DNA of 44,595 bases from Acidobacteriaceae bacterium (GTDB taxonomy: Bacteria > Acidobacteriota > Terriglobia > Terriglobales > Acidobacteriaceae), in assembly GCA_003156495.1 (NCBI GenBank), contig PMHC01000083.1:1-44595 (forward strand). Reading direction: 5' to 3'. The notes under the pieces are model-generated. The model made no database searches. It was not told the DNA's origin and saw nothing but the letters and a program-made list of their open reading frames with translations. The position numbers were made by a program, and so were the translations under genes. Below, piece by piece: positions 1-11,200 of the stretch (positions are counted from its first letter, which is position 1; each line of letters begins with the position of its first letter).

Positions 1-270
<270 letters not shown>

Positions 271-434
271 GGGCAAAGCAGTTAGGCGTGCCACATCTTG
301 GTACAAATACAGCTTTTCATAGATCACCGCGCGATCCCGAAATAAGCCATTATCTAGACCCACAAAAGTAGTAAAGCCTCTGCCCCAAAAACAAGTAGTA
401 TTGGTTGGGCCACAAAATAAGGAAGATAAGAACA

Positions 435-1223
435 ATGAAGCCATGGGCAATACTCCTGATCGGTCATGCTGATTTTGTCGTTATCGGTGCCCTCTTTCTC
501 ACCCTCGCCATATCGTTACTTCAAAAAAATCCTCCGCATCGCCGCGCGAAAGAATGGCTGCTTCTAGCGGCTCTCGCCGTTCTACCCGGAGAGGGAATAG
601 CCGCCACCATCGTTACATCGCTTTCCAAGCTGCGGCCCGGTAAGATCGACCTCTATGTTTGCTGGATCGATTCCTTTTTCGGCTACCCAGGATTTCGCGT
701 AGGTCAGTTCGTTTACGCTCATTTCTGGGCCAGAATATTATCTTCCATCAGCTACGGCCTGCTGGGCTCGGCCATGCTTGCCACCGTAGCTGTCTACTTG
801 TGGCAGCGACCAGACCGTGAAGCACTTGCCGTCGCTACGGCATTCATCATCAACCTTTTTGGCGCAATTCCCATCTACCTTTTATTCCCGGTCTGCGGCC
901 CCATTTATGCCTTTCCCAATTTTCCAGCCTTACCATCAGCTCACTTCGCCCTGCAGCCGATAGCGCTAGCTTTTCCGCCCAACGGAGTGCCATCGGTGCA
1001 TACATCGACAGCGCTGCTTGTGCTGTGGTTTCTCCGACGCTGGCCGAGCGGGCGCATATTCGGATCGATTTTTCTGGCCCTGACAGTATTCTCAACATTG
1101 GGCGCAGGCGAACACTATTTGGTTGACCTGATCTGTGCATTCCCTTACGCGCTCTGCGTGGCGTGGTGCACACCTAGGCTAATTGGCTTTTTCGCGAGAT
1201 ACTTTCGATGCGCAGAAATCTAG
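435..1223 (+). CDS. PAP2-superfamily integral membrane protein, Aur1/Ipt1-like phosphotransferase (moron)
   Basis: Several hydrophobic helices with motifs LFPVCGP, NGVPSVH and GEHYLVDL; ATG 435 preferred over TTG 405; opposite strand to the late genes. Confidence 0.75.
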   Translation: MKPWAILLIGHADFVVIGALFLTLAISLLQKNPPHRRAKEWLLLAALAVLPGEGIAATIVTSLSKLRPGKIDLYVCWIDSFFGYPGFRVGQFVYAHFWARILSSISYGLLGSAMLATVAVYLWQRPDREALAVATAFIINLFGAIPIYLLFPVCGPIYAFPNFPALPSAHFALQPIALAFPPNGVPSVHTSTALLVLWFLRRWPSGRIFGSIFLALTVFSTLGAGEHYLVDLICAFPYALCVAWCTPRLIGFFARYFRCAEI

Positions 1224-1264
1224 CAGCCAAGGCGGCCGCCGAATTTTTGCCTCGATAATTATGG

Positions 1265-2833
1265 CTATTGAACCTGTCTCCATACGCCGCTGTGGTAGAC
1301 CCATGGAATATAGGGGGTCGTAGCAGTCTGATAATATACTTGCCCTTCACTTCCAGACACAGGGGTAGATGCAGCTCTAAGCGAAAACAGATATGCCGTC
1401 GCCCGGTTAGTTGATGTCCATGTGATCGAATTGGCACCCGCCGATGAGCCAATCTCGTAAGATGATGCGAAATGGGTATAAACGCTATTAGCGGCAGTAA
1501 CGGGAGTGCTCCAGCCAGAGCTAACAGATAAAGTCATCTCGTTACAGCAATCTTGGTTTAAATACGATACTAAAAGATCGTTGATATAACTTGTTGTTGC
1601 GCTAAGGGTTATGGACGTTCCTGTGCTGCTGCTGGCAGCATTGTCTATTGTCTCTGTAACGCCGGAAAATTCATAAGCAACGATTATAGGCGCGTCAACT
1701 GCCCCTGTAAGAGTAATCGTATCTACCCCGGACGAAGAGGCGGTACCCATATAGACCCTTGCGCCCACAGCCGTGGCTAAAGTGAAACTGGTGCTTAAAG
1801 AATCGGAAACCGTTATTGAGCTTCCTTCATAATCACGGCTAAAAACAAGTAACAGGTCACCAGCTTTTATATTGCTAGAAAAAGTTGCTGTAGTTGAAGC
1901 TGCGCTTATAGATTGCACTTCTGCCGGTGTATTTACACCAGTCGGATTTGTCGTATCGAATAGAGGTGACAAGCCACCGCCGCTCGGCGCATTGCCGATT
2001 GTCATCACATCCCACTGTCCCGCCGCGTCAAAGCACATCGGAATCGGCTTGTTCGCAGGGATGTCTCCAGCCACAAGCGTGGTCGTCGATCCCGCCCATT
2101 TTGCCACTGAGCCCGCCGCCGAAGAATTGACGTTGATCGTGAGCGCTGTGCCGGTGTTCGCCGTCGTGGTCAGATAGGTGATGCAGTTGCCCGCCGTGGG
2201 CGTAAAGCTGGGCGTGGTAGTGCAGCTCTGCGCGGTGCTGCTGCCGGAGGTGTCGGAACAGGTTACCGGGATCGATCCGGTGGCGTTCAACGTGCTTACC
2301 GCCGATCCGCCATTTACGCTCACCACCGTTCCTCCCGACGATGTACCGCAAGTCGGGCAGCTTACCGCCGCCACTCCGTTCGACGTGCTAACAACGATGG
2401 GATTGGTACCCGAGACAGATGAAATACCGCTGCTCGATCCTCCGCCCTCCTGGAACATCGTGCGGTCGTCTGTAATCGAAGTGATAGCGCTCGCCCCTGC
2501 GACGACGGTAGCAATCGGAATAACGCTCGATGTAAAAACCGTTGTGCTCACGGCAGGAACGCAGAAGTTCGACTCGTCCAGGTAGACGTAATTCGTCGTC
2601 GAGGCTGTCATAGTCAGCGTTCCGCCTGCATAAGTCACGATGGGGCCTGCGCAGTTTGCCGTGCCGGCCGCGACGTTAAGCACCAGGCCAGATCCAGCCG
2701 TGGGCCAATAGCCTGGCCCAAAGCCCTGAACATACTTCGCATTGACCGAATAAATCGGCGCGCTCGAAGTCTGCGGCTGCTGGGCAAAAGCGACGGTTGC
2801 GAGAGCAAGGAAAAATGCAAGGATTTTCTTCAT
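1265..2833 (-). CDS. Tail fibre/adhesin-like protein with Sec signal peptide
   Basis: Last gene of the tail operon; MKKILAFFLALATVAFA/QQ signal; S/T/G-rich beta segments; C-terminal GSEGQVYYQT...WVY..GVW motif resembling fibre domains; SD GAGGAG. Confidence 0.6.
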   Translation of the reverse strand: MKKILAFFLALATVAFAQQPQTSSAPIYSVNAKYVQGFGPGYWPTAGSGLVLNVAAGTANCAGPIVTYAGGTLTMTASTTNYVYLDESNFCVPAVSTTVFTSSVIPIATVVAGASAITSITDDRTMFQEGGGSSSGISSVSGTNPIVVSTSNGVAAVSCPTCGTSSGGTVVSVNGGSAVSTLNATGSIPVTCSDTSGSSTAQSCTTTPSFTPTAGNCITYLTTTANTGTALTINVNSSAAGSVAKWAGSTTTLVAGDIPANKPIPMCFDAAGQWDVMTIGNAPSGGGLSPLFDTTNPTGVNTPAEVQSISAASTTATFSSNIKAGDLLLVFSRDYEGSSITVSDSLSTSFTLATAVGARVYMGTASSSGVDTITLTGAVDAPIIVAYEFSGVTETIDNAASSSTGTSITLSATTSYINDLLVSYLNQDCCNEMTLSVSSGWSTPVTAANSVYTHFASSYEIGSSAGANSITWTSTNRATAYLFSLRAASTPVSGSEGQVYYQTATTPYIPWVYHSGVWRQVQ

Positions 2834-2845
2834 AACTTCAGCTCC

Positions 2846-3199
2846 TCAAGCAAAGACGTAGATGGTTGCGGTCACGCTGGTGTCAGAAGCGGACAGATAA
2901 ATGTAAGTTGCATCGAAAGCCGTTGACTGCGCCCAAATCGCACCAGCGGAAGTCATCAAAATCGAGATCCTCGACGGCGCAGCGCTCAGGCCATGCGCAA
3001 TTTTGAAGTTGCCTGGCGCTGTAGAGGTTGCGCTCAGCGTCGCTGCTGGCGCACTGGGCTTCATCTCATCCCAACTTGAACCGTTGTCGCGATAGAGCTG
3101 GTGCGTATCGGTGGTGAAATAGAGGCGTCCGTCAATGCTTGCTGTTGGCCGTGCGGCCAGCGTACCATCGGCAATGCAAGTTGAGAGCAGTAAAGACAT
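2846..3199 (-). CDS. Small tail-associated protein
   Basis: GTLAARP...GRLYFTTDTHQLYRDNGSSW fibre N-terminal-type motif plus HGLSAAP beta domain; SD AGGAG; tail-operon position. Confidence 0.6.
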   Translation of the reverse strand: MSLLLSTCIADGTLAARPTASIDGRLYFTTDTHQLYRDNGSSWDEMKPSAPAATLSATSTAPGNFKIAHGLSAAPSRISILMTSAGAIWAQSTAFDATYIYLSASDTSVTATIYVFA

Positions 3200-3207
3200 G
3201 ACTTCTC

Positions 3208-6200
3208 CTAGTCCGTAATCGTTTCGCCCGAATCGGTGTAGATGATGTCGCCATCGTCGTCGGTCAGATAGTTGCCGGTCAGCACCGCACCATAGACGGT
3301 CACCGTAGCGCTTCCGCTGACCGTGGAATCGGCCTCGCTGGTCGCGGTGATGGTATGTGTCCCGGCAGCGTTTGGAGCGGCATACAGACCATTTCCATCA
3401 ATCGTGCCGACGGTCACATTGCCGCCCGTCACTCCATCCACGGCCCAGATCACGTCAGTCTTGCTGCTGCCACTCACCGTGGCGGCGAATTGTTGTGTCG
3501 AGCCCGCAGAAAGGGAGACTGAAGAGGGCGAGATGTCGACTAACACCGGAGTGCTGTCGCCCGATTCGTAATACACGCCGAAAGCATCGAGTTTGCCATA
3601 CCATTTTGTGCTGGAACCATTCTGGAAATAGATCACCGCATTGAGATCGTTGTCCAGATAGCAAGCGCCAACGCCCTGTGCGTGGACAGAGCCGCTGACA
3701 TTGTATCCGTAACTTGATCCGGTAATCGTCTGCAGCGTGGTGCCATCGCCGGCGACCGTAGGCAGGCTGAATGCGCTTCCGTTGGCCAGATTCTTCGCCA
3801 CGCCGACGCCGAATTTCTTCCCGTTGCTCAGTGTGCAGTGCGCCCAAACTGTGTTGCTGACGGTCTCTTTGGTGAAGCCGGAGTCGTTGTTTTTGTAAAG
3901 GAAGACAAGAACCGAAGCGTTGCCGTGCCAGATATGCCCTTCGCCATCTTCGGTGTTGACGTGCACGATGCTGTTCGAGTCGACGTAAGCGCCGACTAGG
4001 TGCATTACCCAGCTATAGCCCGTGGAACTTTGATCGTGGATGAAAGCAACGGCAAAATCAGGATCGAGCGTATAGCCCGAGGGGACAGGAATCGTATCCC
4101 CATCGGCGAGGATACCCTGGCCAAAGGCGATTTGCTCGCCCCCCTTTAATGTCAGCTCGACGTAGGTCATATTGCCGGTTGTGGTTGTGGTTTCGGTATC
4201 GAGCCAAGCCAAACCGGCGTAATTTACAGTTCCGGACCACGTATGTCCTTCGTCGTCGTTATAAGTCAGCGTAAGCAGACGAGCCGAGGATGCGGAGCAA
4301 AGCTGAATCCGGCGCGCTGAATGATAGTTGACATTTGTACCCGCTGCGGACGCCCATGCGAGCATATTCGCCGAAGGGAACCCGCTCGATGGCAGATCGA
4401 ATTGAGTGCCCGCATCGGCTTGACTGGCGAAGAAGACGAAAATGCCGCCATCATCGAGATCGATCTGCGTATAGCTCTCATCGCCGCCAGGCTCGCTGCC
4501 CGGCACAATGTCCCATCCACAGCCGGTGCTATCGCTCGAATCGTAAAAAATGTCCGTGCGATAAGGACGCAGGGTGAGATGGACCTCGCCACTGTTTTGC
4601 GCGGGGGAAAGAGCAATTGAACCATTTTGTCCACTGGTCTCCACGGTGGGTACAGAGACTTTCTTCACTTCCACTTCATAGTCGCCGGCGTAAGGCACGC
4701 TCAAAGTGTCGTCGATCGCCACATGGTCGCCGCACACGATTTCCATGACGAGGTTGCCGGCGTCATCTTTGGCGAACATGCTGGTAGAGAAACTGATCTG
4801 CGGCGGCGTGACGTAGTTCGAGCTGATCGTGCCATCGGCGCCTGCGGTATCCGGTCCCAACGCGCGATCGCGCTCGTAGCAGCAAATGCGGCTGGCCTGA
4901 TCGTAGGTGCTAGTGCCCAGATCGATTGTTACGGACGCCTTTTGGCGATAGCGCGGCACTCCGATGGCAACGCTGCCGCGCGCCCACATATTGGCTTTAT
5001 GCCAGAATTGCGGCGCACGCTCTTTGAAGCGAGATGACAATAACCCGATTTTTCCGCCCGAGCCAACACTCGATGGATAATTCGATCCCTTGCGCACCAG
5101 GACTAATGTTGTCGGGTCGACTTCCTCTGGCGTGCCGGAATTTTCGACATCGGGCACGCTGTATACCTGCCACACACTGTCATAGGTCGTATCGGTGGCG
5201 CCGATCGAAACATAATCACCGTCGTTGAACGGATGACTATCCGTGGTGGTTACTTGAGGACGGCCATTGCTGCTGCAGGTGATGGAGGCAATGGTATTCG
5301 ACGCGGCAACTTCAAGGTCGCGGAATTGGCCCACATAGCGATTGCCAGCAGTATGAACGGCTTGATCGTTGGCTTCGAAAGTCCCTGGTAAAAGGTGCTC
5401 GCGCTTGAAGGTGAAGGCCACCGAGCGGGGTCGATCGATGCAGAGCGCGTCCTGGCCGCCGTAGCTCGTGTAATAACCGCGGCAAACGCGGGCGATCTGC
5501 TCTTCGATCGCCTGCAAAGAACACGCCGACGTAAACATGTAATCGCCGCGAAAGCGCGGCTTGCCGTTCGAAAGCTGCTCGTCGCAATATTGCGCGCTGC
5601 TGTAGATCGCGTCCCAATCGAAGCACGCGCGCACGGCCGTAGAAATATCGTCGATGCTGCTGGTCGAGATGTTGTACCACGGCATCAGCTTCCGGCGCAG
5701 GCGCACATCAATCCAGTGCCAGACGGGATTACGCGTCCAGGCATAGCCGGTCATTTTGCCATTGGCATCGAAGAGGCGGCATTTCAGCGCGCGCCAAAGG
5801 CCGATGGGATTGATGTCGGTCCATTGCGAAGAATCACTTTGCGTGGTGCTCGTCTGCCCGATAATAGGCTGCTTGCGCATTAGGCCGTAATAAGCGATGC
5901 GCGAAAAAGGTACTTGGTTGATGGCGGGCGGAAAGAGAGACCACAGGGCGTCGAGCCCCTGATCGCCGCCGGTCGAATATTGACCGGAGGTAGCGTCTGT
6001 GCCGGGATGAAAATGGAAGACAATTCCCTGTGCCGTGTAATCGAGCGGCGTTTGCCAGTCCCAGCCAAGCCAGGTGCTCGTGGTGCCATTGTTCCCGCGC
6101 CACGCCAGTTTGTCGCTGATCCAGAGTTCGGCACAGCCATCCCATTCGCCTTCGCCGAGCAGCCAAAATCCCACGCGCGTGTAATCGAGGCCGTTATATC

Positions 6201-6327
6201 CAGAGTCCTGCACCGTGTAATAAGCGTGGCGCTTGCCTGTAGCCCATACGTAGCCATAGCCGAGCGGTTGCGGCTGGCCTGTGGTTGCGCTGGCGCTGGA
6301 TGCTTGGGTTGTACTCGCGTTCGGCAT
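3208..6327 (-). CDS. Tail tip / central fibre protein (lambda J-like) with C-terminal Ig-like domain
   Basis: 1039 aa; WTRNPVW and AQYCDEQL...RF motifs of tip-attachment proteins; C-terminal VDISPSSVSL...ITATS...SATVTV Ig fold. Confidence 0.8.
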   Translation of the reverse strand: MPNASTTQASSASATTGQPQPLGYGYVWATGKRHAYYTVQDSGYNGLDYTRVGFWLLGEGEWDGCAELWISDKLAWRGNNGTTSTWLGWDWQTPLDYTAQGIVFHFHPGTDATSGQYSTGGDQGLDALWSLFPPAINQVPFSRIAYYGLMRKQPIIGQTSTTQSDSSQWTDINPIGLWRALKCRLFDANGKMTGYAWTRNPVWHWIDVRLRRKLMPWYNISTSSIDDISTAVRACFDWDAIYSSAQYCDEQLSNGKPRFRGDYMFTSACSLQAIEEQIARVCRGYYTSYGGQDALCIDRPRSVAFTFKREHLLPGTFEANDQAVHTAGNRYVGQFRDLEVAASNTIASITCSSNGRPQVTTTDSHPFNDGDYVSIGATDTTYDSVWQVYSVPDVENSGTPEEVDPTTLVLVRKGSNYPSSVGSGGKIGLLSSRFKERAPQFWHKANMWARGSVAIGVPRYRQKASVTIDLGTSTYDQASRICCYERDRALGPDTAGADGTISSNYVTPPQISFSTSMFAKDDAGNLVMEIVCGDHVAIDDTLSVPYAGDYEVEVKKVSVPTVETSGQNGSIALSPAQNSGEVHLTLRPYRTDIFYDSSDSTGCGWDIVPGSEPGGDESYTQIDLDDGGIFVFFASQADAGTQFDLPSSGFPSANMLAWASAAGTNVNYHSARRIQLCSASSARLLTLTYNDDEGHTWSGTVNYAGLAWLDTETTTTTGNMTYVELTLKGGEQIAFGQGILADGDTIPVPSGYTLDPDFAVAFIHDQSSTGYSWVMHLVGAYVDSNSIVHVNTEDGEGHIWHGNASVLVFLYKNNDSGFTKETVSNTVWAHCTLSNGKKFGVGVAKNLANGSAFSLPTVAGDGTTLQTITGSSYGYNVSGSVHAQGVGACYLDNDLNAVIYFQNGSSTKWYGKLDAFGVYYESGDSTPVLVDISPSSVSLSAGSTQQFAATVSGSSKTDVIWAVDGVTGGNVTVGTIDGNGLYAAPNAAGTHTITATSEADSTVSGSATVTVYGAVLTGNYLTDDDGDIIYTDSGETITD

Positions 6328-7424
6328 CAGATGCGCCTCGCACGATTGATCTGCTTCGTAGCGGTGTTCGCCGAGCTCTCGCCAAAGTTCTTCTCGTAGT
6401 TATTCAGGCAACCGCTAAAGCGCACTATGTTCTGGCAATTCGAATAGCTGTAATCGCACTCGGTGCTTTCGCTCGATCCGCACTGCGGCGATCCCCAATC
6501 CCACTGGCAGCTTTCGCTGAACGTTTTATCCAGTCCATCAGTATCAGCGGAATTGATGCCAGCAGCGCCTTTCAGCGTGATCGTGTCTGGCCCCGTATCA
6601 TCAACCGTTAATTTCCCGTGGACCTCAAGCCAGGGTGCTTCGGCTGCTGGGTCGTAGTGCCGAAACGCAAATTGAGCACCCTCGAACGCTGAGCTGCGCA
6701 GCTTGCGTTCCATATCGCGAGCGAGCGTGTCACCGCTAAGGTTTTGGATTACAAAGCTGCCAATGTCCGTCACAGCGGCGCGATGGAAGGTAAACTCCGG
6801 AACCGTGAGGAGCCAAGGCGTGTATTCCGTGGTCACTGGATCTGACTGCGTCCAATGCTCAATGCCGGATCGTCCATCCAACCAAGTTAATTGGGCGTGT
6901 TTAAAATTATCTACATTGACCGAAGCTGGTCCCGTTTTGTAAATATTTCCCGTCGTGCGGCAAAAGAGCTCGACCACCAATTCTTTGCCTGCATCCGGCA
7001 GATTCGGAATATCGACAGGACCGGTGACATTCAATCCTGCGCCTACGAGAGCCACCCCGTTTACACCGAAATCGTTGGTATATAGGGTACCGGAAGAAAT
7101 TCCCAAATAGGTTATCGTAGCGTTTCCGTCACCGTCGAAGATGACAGACACCGAACCATTGCCGAAATGCTGATCGCCGCCGCCATATTGATCTTCCCAA
7201 TTGATTCGCACTGTTGCGGCCGCGTCCGGCACCCAAATGCGCGCCCCCGAGCCGGTAGCGCTAGTCGGCGGAGCTTCCGTGATTACATTTAGCGCCGTGA
7301 TTTTTCGATCCGACCAATAATAGAGGTTACCGTTCACGTCCAGCACATCGAACAAGTTGACGCCGGCAATGCCGGTGTGGGCGCCACCGATTGCTGCCAG
7401 CCTGGAATTGAGCGACACACTCAT
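6327..7424 (-). CDS. Tail tip hub protein (lambda L-like) with C-terminal Cys cluster
   Basis: C-terminal CQWDWGSPQC...CDYSYSNC...RFSG; ATG 7424 overlaps the upstream stop (ATGA), so the ORF-track start at 7577 is too long. Confidence 0.7.
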   Translation of the reverse strand: MSVSLNSRLAAIGGAHTGIAGVNLFDVLDVNGNLYYWSDRKITALNVITEAPPTSATGSGARIWVPDAAATVRINWEDQYGGGDQHFGNGSVSVIFDGDGNATITYLGISSGTLYTNDFGVNGVALVGAGLNVTGPVDIPNLPDAGKELVVELFCRTTGNIYKTGPASVNVDNFKHAQLTWLDGRSGIEHWTQSDPVTTEYTPWLLTVPEFTFHRAAVTDIGSFVIQNLSGDTLARDMERKLRSSAFEGAQFAFRHYDPAAEAPWLEVHGKLTVDDTGPDTITLKGAAGINSADTDGLDKTFSESCQWDWGSPQCGSSESTECDYSYSNCQNIVRFSGCLNNYEKNFGESSANTATKQINRARRI

Positions 7425-8275
7425 CGCATCACCTGCAGGCCATACCAGCCGAGTGCCACGGCTTTCGAATTGGTGTTCATCGTATTCGTCGCCACAACCT
7501 TCACGCGATGAATGTCGAGCGAAAGATCGGTTACGGTCAGGACCAAGCTCGTGGCGGCTGTCGTGCTCGCATAACAATCAACCGTCGAGTTCATGACGCC
7601 GTCCACGTAGACAGTGGCGATGCCTTGCGCGGGGCCAGTTACCATCCAGAGTTTGAATCCATAGCCGCGATATTCATAGGCTGCCCAGTCGCCGGTATTG
7701 GTACCGGGATCGGTCATGTAGGTCTTCGTCAGGTTGCTGCGCGCGGTGCCGCCCAACGTAATGGATGGCGCGGCGCTCAGGATAGCTTGTGTCCACGCTC
7801 CGTTCGTGGCTAGCTTCTGGTCGCCGCGGTCATTATTAATGCAGAAAAGGATCGATTCGTGATCCCAGTCTGAGGGATATTGCAGCATAGGAGCCGTCGG
7901 CATTTCTTCAAATATCAGATTCTGTACGCTCCAATTGCCGTTTCCATCTTCAGTAAGAGGAAACTCGGAACCTGTGAAACGACCGACATAGTGGCGACCG
8001 CCACCGTCATGATCGATGATAGTGAAATAGCCATCTTCATATTGTTCGAAGTACCATTTCAAACGCTGCACACAAGCCCAACTACGAGTTAACCAGGTAA
8101 GCGGAAAACTGTGGCCAGTGTTCTGCGTTTCACGCGTCCAGGGATCACTGCCCACGGCCTTTTTGCGCAGTTGAGTATTGGTGCGCTTGCGCGTGAAACC
8201 ATAGTCGGGGCACATCGAGTCCTCGATGTCCGATTCCCAAATTGCGGTGGAGTTGAGGATGTCAGTCTCAGGCAT
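7421..8275 (-). CDS. Distal tail protein (lambda M/Dit-like) with C-terminal beta-sandwich extension
   Basis: Directly after the tape measure; about 125-aa core ending IFEEMP, then a CBM-like GPAQGIATVYVDG...HRVKVV domain. Confidence 0.65.
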   Translation of the reverse strand: MPETDILNSTAIWESDIEDSMCPDYGFTRKRTNTQLRKKAVGSDPWTRETQNTGHSFPLTWLTRSWACVQRLKWYFEQYEDGYFTIIDHDGGGRHYVGRFTGSEFPLTEDGNGNWSVQNLIFEEMPTAPMLQYPSDWDHESILFCINNDRGDQKLATNGAWTQAILSAAPSITLGGTARSNLTKTYMTDPGTNTGDWAAYEYRGYGFKLWMVTGPAQGIATVYVDGVMNSTVDCYASTTAATSLVLTVTDLSLDIHRVKVVATNTMNTNSKAVALGWYGLQVMR

Positions 8276-11200
8276 CGGCGCCTCCGGAATTATCGGCGTA
8301 GCTGGAGTTGATGGCGCTGCGCAGAACGTGTTTATTGGCCATCAACCATTGCGCACCGCTCTTGGCATCGATCGCGTGGATGTGCAGATCGCCACCCCAA
8401 CTCGATTGCGATTGAACCGGCAACTTGGAACTATCGGCCGAGCTTTCGATTGCGCGAGTGATGCGCTCGTTCTGATCGGAAGGCATGATCCGTTCACCTG
8501 CATGGATCACCGCCATGCCGGTGTGCGGAATAGAATCGGCGCCCACATTGAATTGCGCAGCGCCACCCGTGTAATTACTGCGGCCGCCGCGCTCTTCTCC
8601 CGTTAGGCGACCTTCGGCCTGCTTGATTTCTTTTTGTACATGGCTGTAGTAACCGGCGCCCGCCCCACCCATTTTTTTGAGCGTCTGATGCGCTTCGGTG
8701 TCCAGGCCCTGCAGGTCGCTGTAGGCCGACAAATAATTCGTCTGGCCGGTTTGATACGACTGCGTCGTTTCGGTGATGCGCGGCTGTACTGTCTTTTTGT
8801 CGTACTCTTCGGCTTTTGCTTTACCGCCAAAGCCAATCGCGCCAAGTACCGCGCCGCCCGCTGCGCCAATCGCCCCGCCAATCGGTCCGCCCAGAGACAT
8901 TCCCAATTGCATCCCGCTCATTGCGCCACTCAAAGTGCCGCCTACGCCGCCATTGCTTTCGTAAGCGCTGTAGAGGCCCGTTGCGCCGCCCGCAGCGCCA
9001 GCGACATTCGATGAAAAACCACCACCCTCCAACATGCCTTTGCCAGAAGCGCTGGGCGAATGAGCCATCTGATTCACATCGAAGTTTTTGGTTTGTTCAA
9101 GAGGAATCGAACCGCTATCAGATGTTGCTGGAGAACTCTGAGTGCTCAAAAAACTCCCGGACGAACCGGCAGTTTTGCCGCCGCCAAAGATGGAAGCAGC
9201 CTGTCTGGTCAGCCCGATGCCTTGTTGCCCGATGCTCATGCTGCGCTGCACGGCTGAAGTCGTGCTGCCGGAGGCGATTTGAGGGGCGGCCGTGCTGCCA
9301 GAGGAAATCCGGGCCACGGCGGTGGAAGCGGACTCGCCAGAGCCGCCGCTGGATACAATTCCGGCGACCGGAGCGTTGAACACAGCTTCGGGGGAAGATG
9401 TGCTTACCGGAATGCCGGCTGTTCCCAACGCCGCAGCGGGCGTACGCGCAGCACCGCCAAGCGCGATGCTGGCCGAGCCAACATTGATCTGCGCCGTACC
9501 TACCGAAAGCGACTGCGGACCGGCAACGATCGCCGCTTTTGGCGTCGATCTGTCTTCATGACCCCGCGAAGTTCCGGCAATGTGATCGAAGAAGCCGTTG
9601 CCGGTCCAGTTGTCCATGCCGGAGATTTTCTTGCCGCCAAAGCGATTTTGCGTGCGCTGCATGAGCGATGCGGCCATCTCGCCGGCGGCCTTGTCGCCCA
9701 TTTCCTTGAGAGCGCCCGTAGGATTTTGGAAGAAGCGCGAGAATTCTCCAGCCATCTTCTCCCGCGCCTGGCGGGCGGCCTCAACCATTTCCGCATCGCG
9801 AAGCTGTGCGGCGGCCTGAACCCGGCGGTTGTAATCGTCTTCGCTGATTTCCTGCTGTTTCAGTTCTTCCTGAAATTTGCTGAATCGCTGCTCGTACTCG
9901 GTTTCGATTGCGGCCGTTTGTTGCTTTTCTGCGTTGAGATATTTGGCGCGAGCCTGTGCTTCCAACTCGTCGGTCTCCTGCGCGTTTTTACGCCGGAGAT
10001 CATCGCTTTGCTGATTCGTGCCAGCGTCGATCGCCGAGCGGCCACGCGACAATTGAGCAACACCGGCCTGGTAGAGATCTTCGCCGCCAGGCGCCTGGCG
10101 GTTGACTTGACCGTAGACTTCGTCAAATTTCTTTTGGAGATCCGCAAGCTGCTTTTCGCCTTCGGCACGGATGCGTGCGAAGCCTGCGACCTGCTTATCG
10201 GCGGAATTCTCAGCTAACGAGTCAATTTGTTCGGTAAATTGACGCTGCTGTTCGGCGAGTTCGTTTCCCAGGCGCATTCGCTCGGCAGCGACGCGATCGT
10301 TCTTGGTTTCCTGACCCAGATTTTTGTCTGAATTAATATCCGCGATGGCCAGATCGCTCGCGGCTTGCGAACGCCCCATGCCGCGGAAACCGACCAGCGC
10401 GGCCTGCCCAAAGAGCTTTTCGGTCTCGCGCTTTTCGTCTTCCAACCGTTTCATCTCTTCGGCATGGAATTTCTGGCGGATAAGGTTGGCCGCCTGAGCG
10501 CGGTTGATGGCCTTGTATTTCAGATCCTCGATTGCATCGGCTTCTTGCTGGTGGTAGAGCTTTTCCCCCTGCAAACCGGCTTCAAGCGCTTGGTGCCGCA
10601 TCTGCATAAGTTCCTGCGTAGCCTGGCGCCCAGCCTGAATTTGTTGCGCCTGAAATTCCGCGTCAGCGTGCAGATGCGCCTGATCGGCTTCCGCTTTTCC
10701 GGTATTGGCGTCGGGCCATGGAATCGGCTGAATGTATCCAGGTTCGCCGGGCTTTTTATCTTGGGGACGATGCGTAATTTCCGCTTCGGCGCGCTGCTGC
10801 TCAACGGCGTAACGCTGCTTTTCTCGTGCTTCATCGTATGCTTCCTGACGAGCGCGACGCTCTTTAGCAATTCCGATGAGGCCGGCTTCAGCAATGGCAG
10901 CTTTGTCGTGAATCTCCTGCAGATTCTCTTCGTGCTCTTTGCCACGCTTATCCTGCGCAATTTTGTCCGTTTCTCCTTGCAGTCCTTGTCTATATTTTTC
11001 ATCTTTTACAGAGTAGTAATCGAAACCAGATCCCAAGAGAAACGACGCCGCAAAATTGCCGGTACCGGAAAAATTCGCCTTTTTGGCTTCGAGTTGCGCG
11101 AGCTGGTGGTTGGCCTCCGTCAATCCTGCATTCAGCTCGTTCAAACCCGCATGTTCGTAAAAGTTCTCCGAGGCCGCCTTTGCCGCCTCGCTGTTATAGC

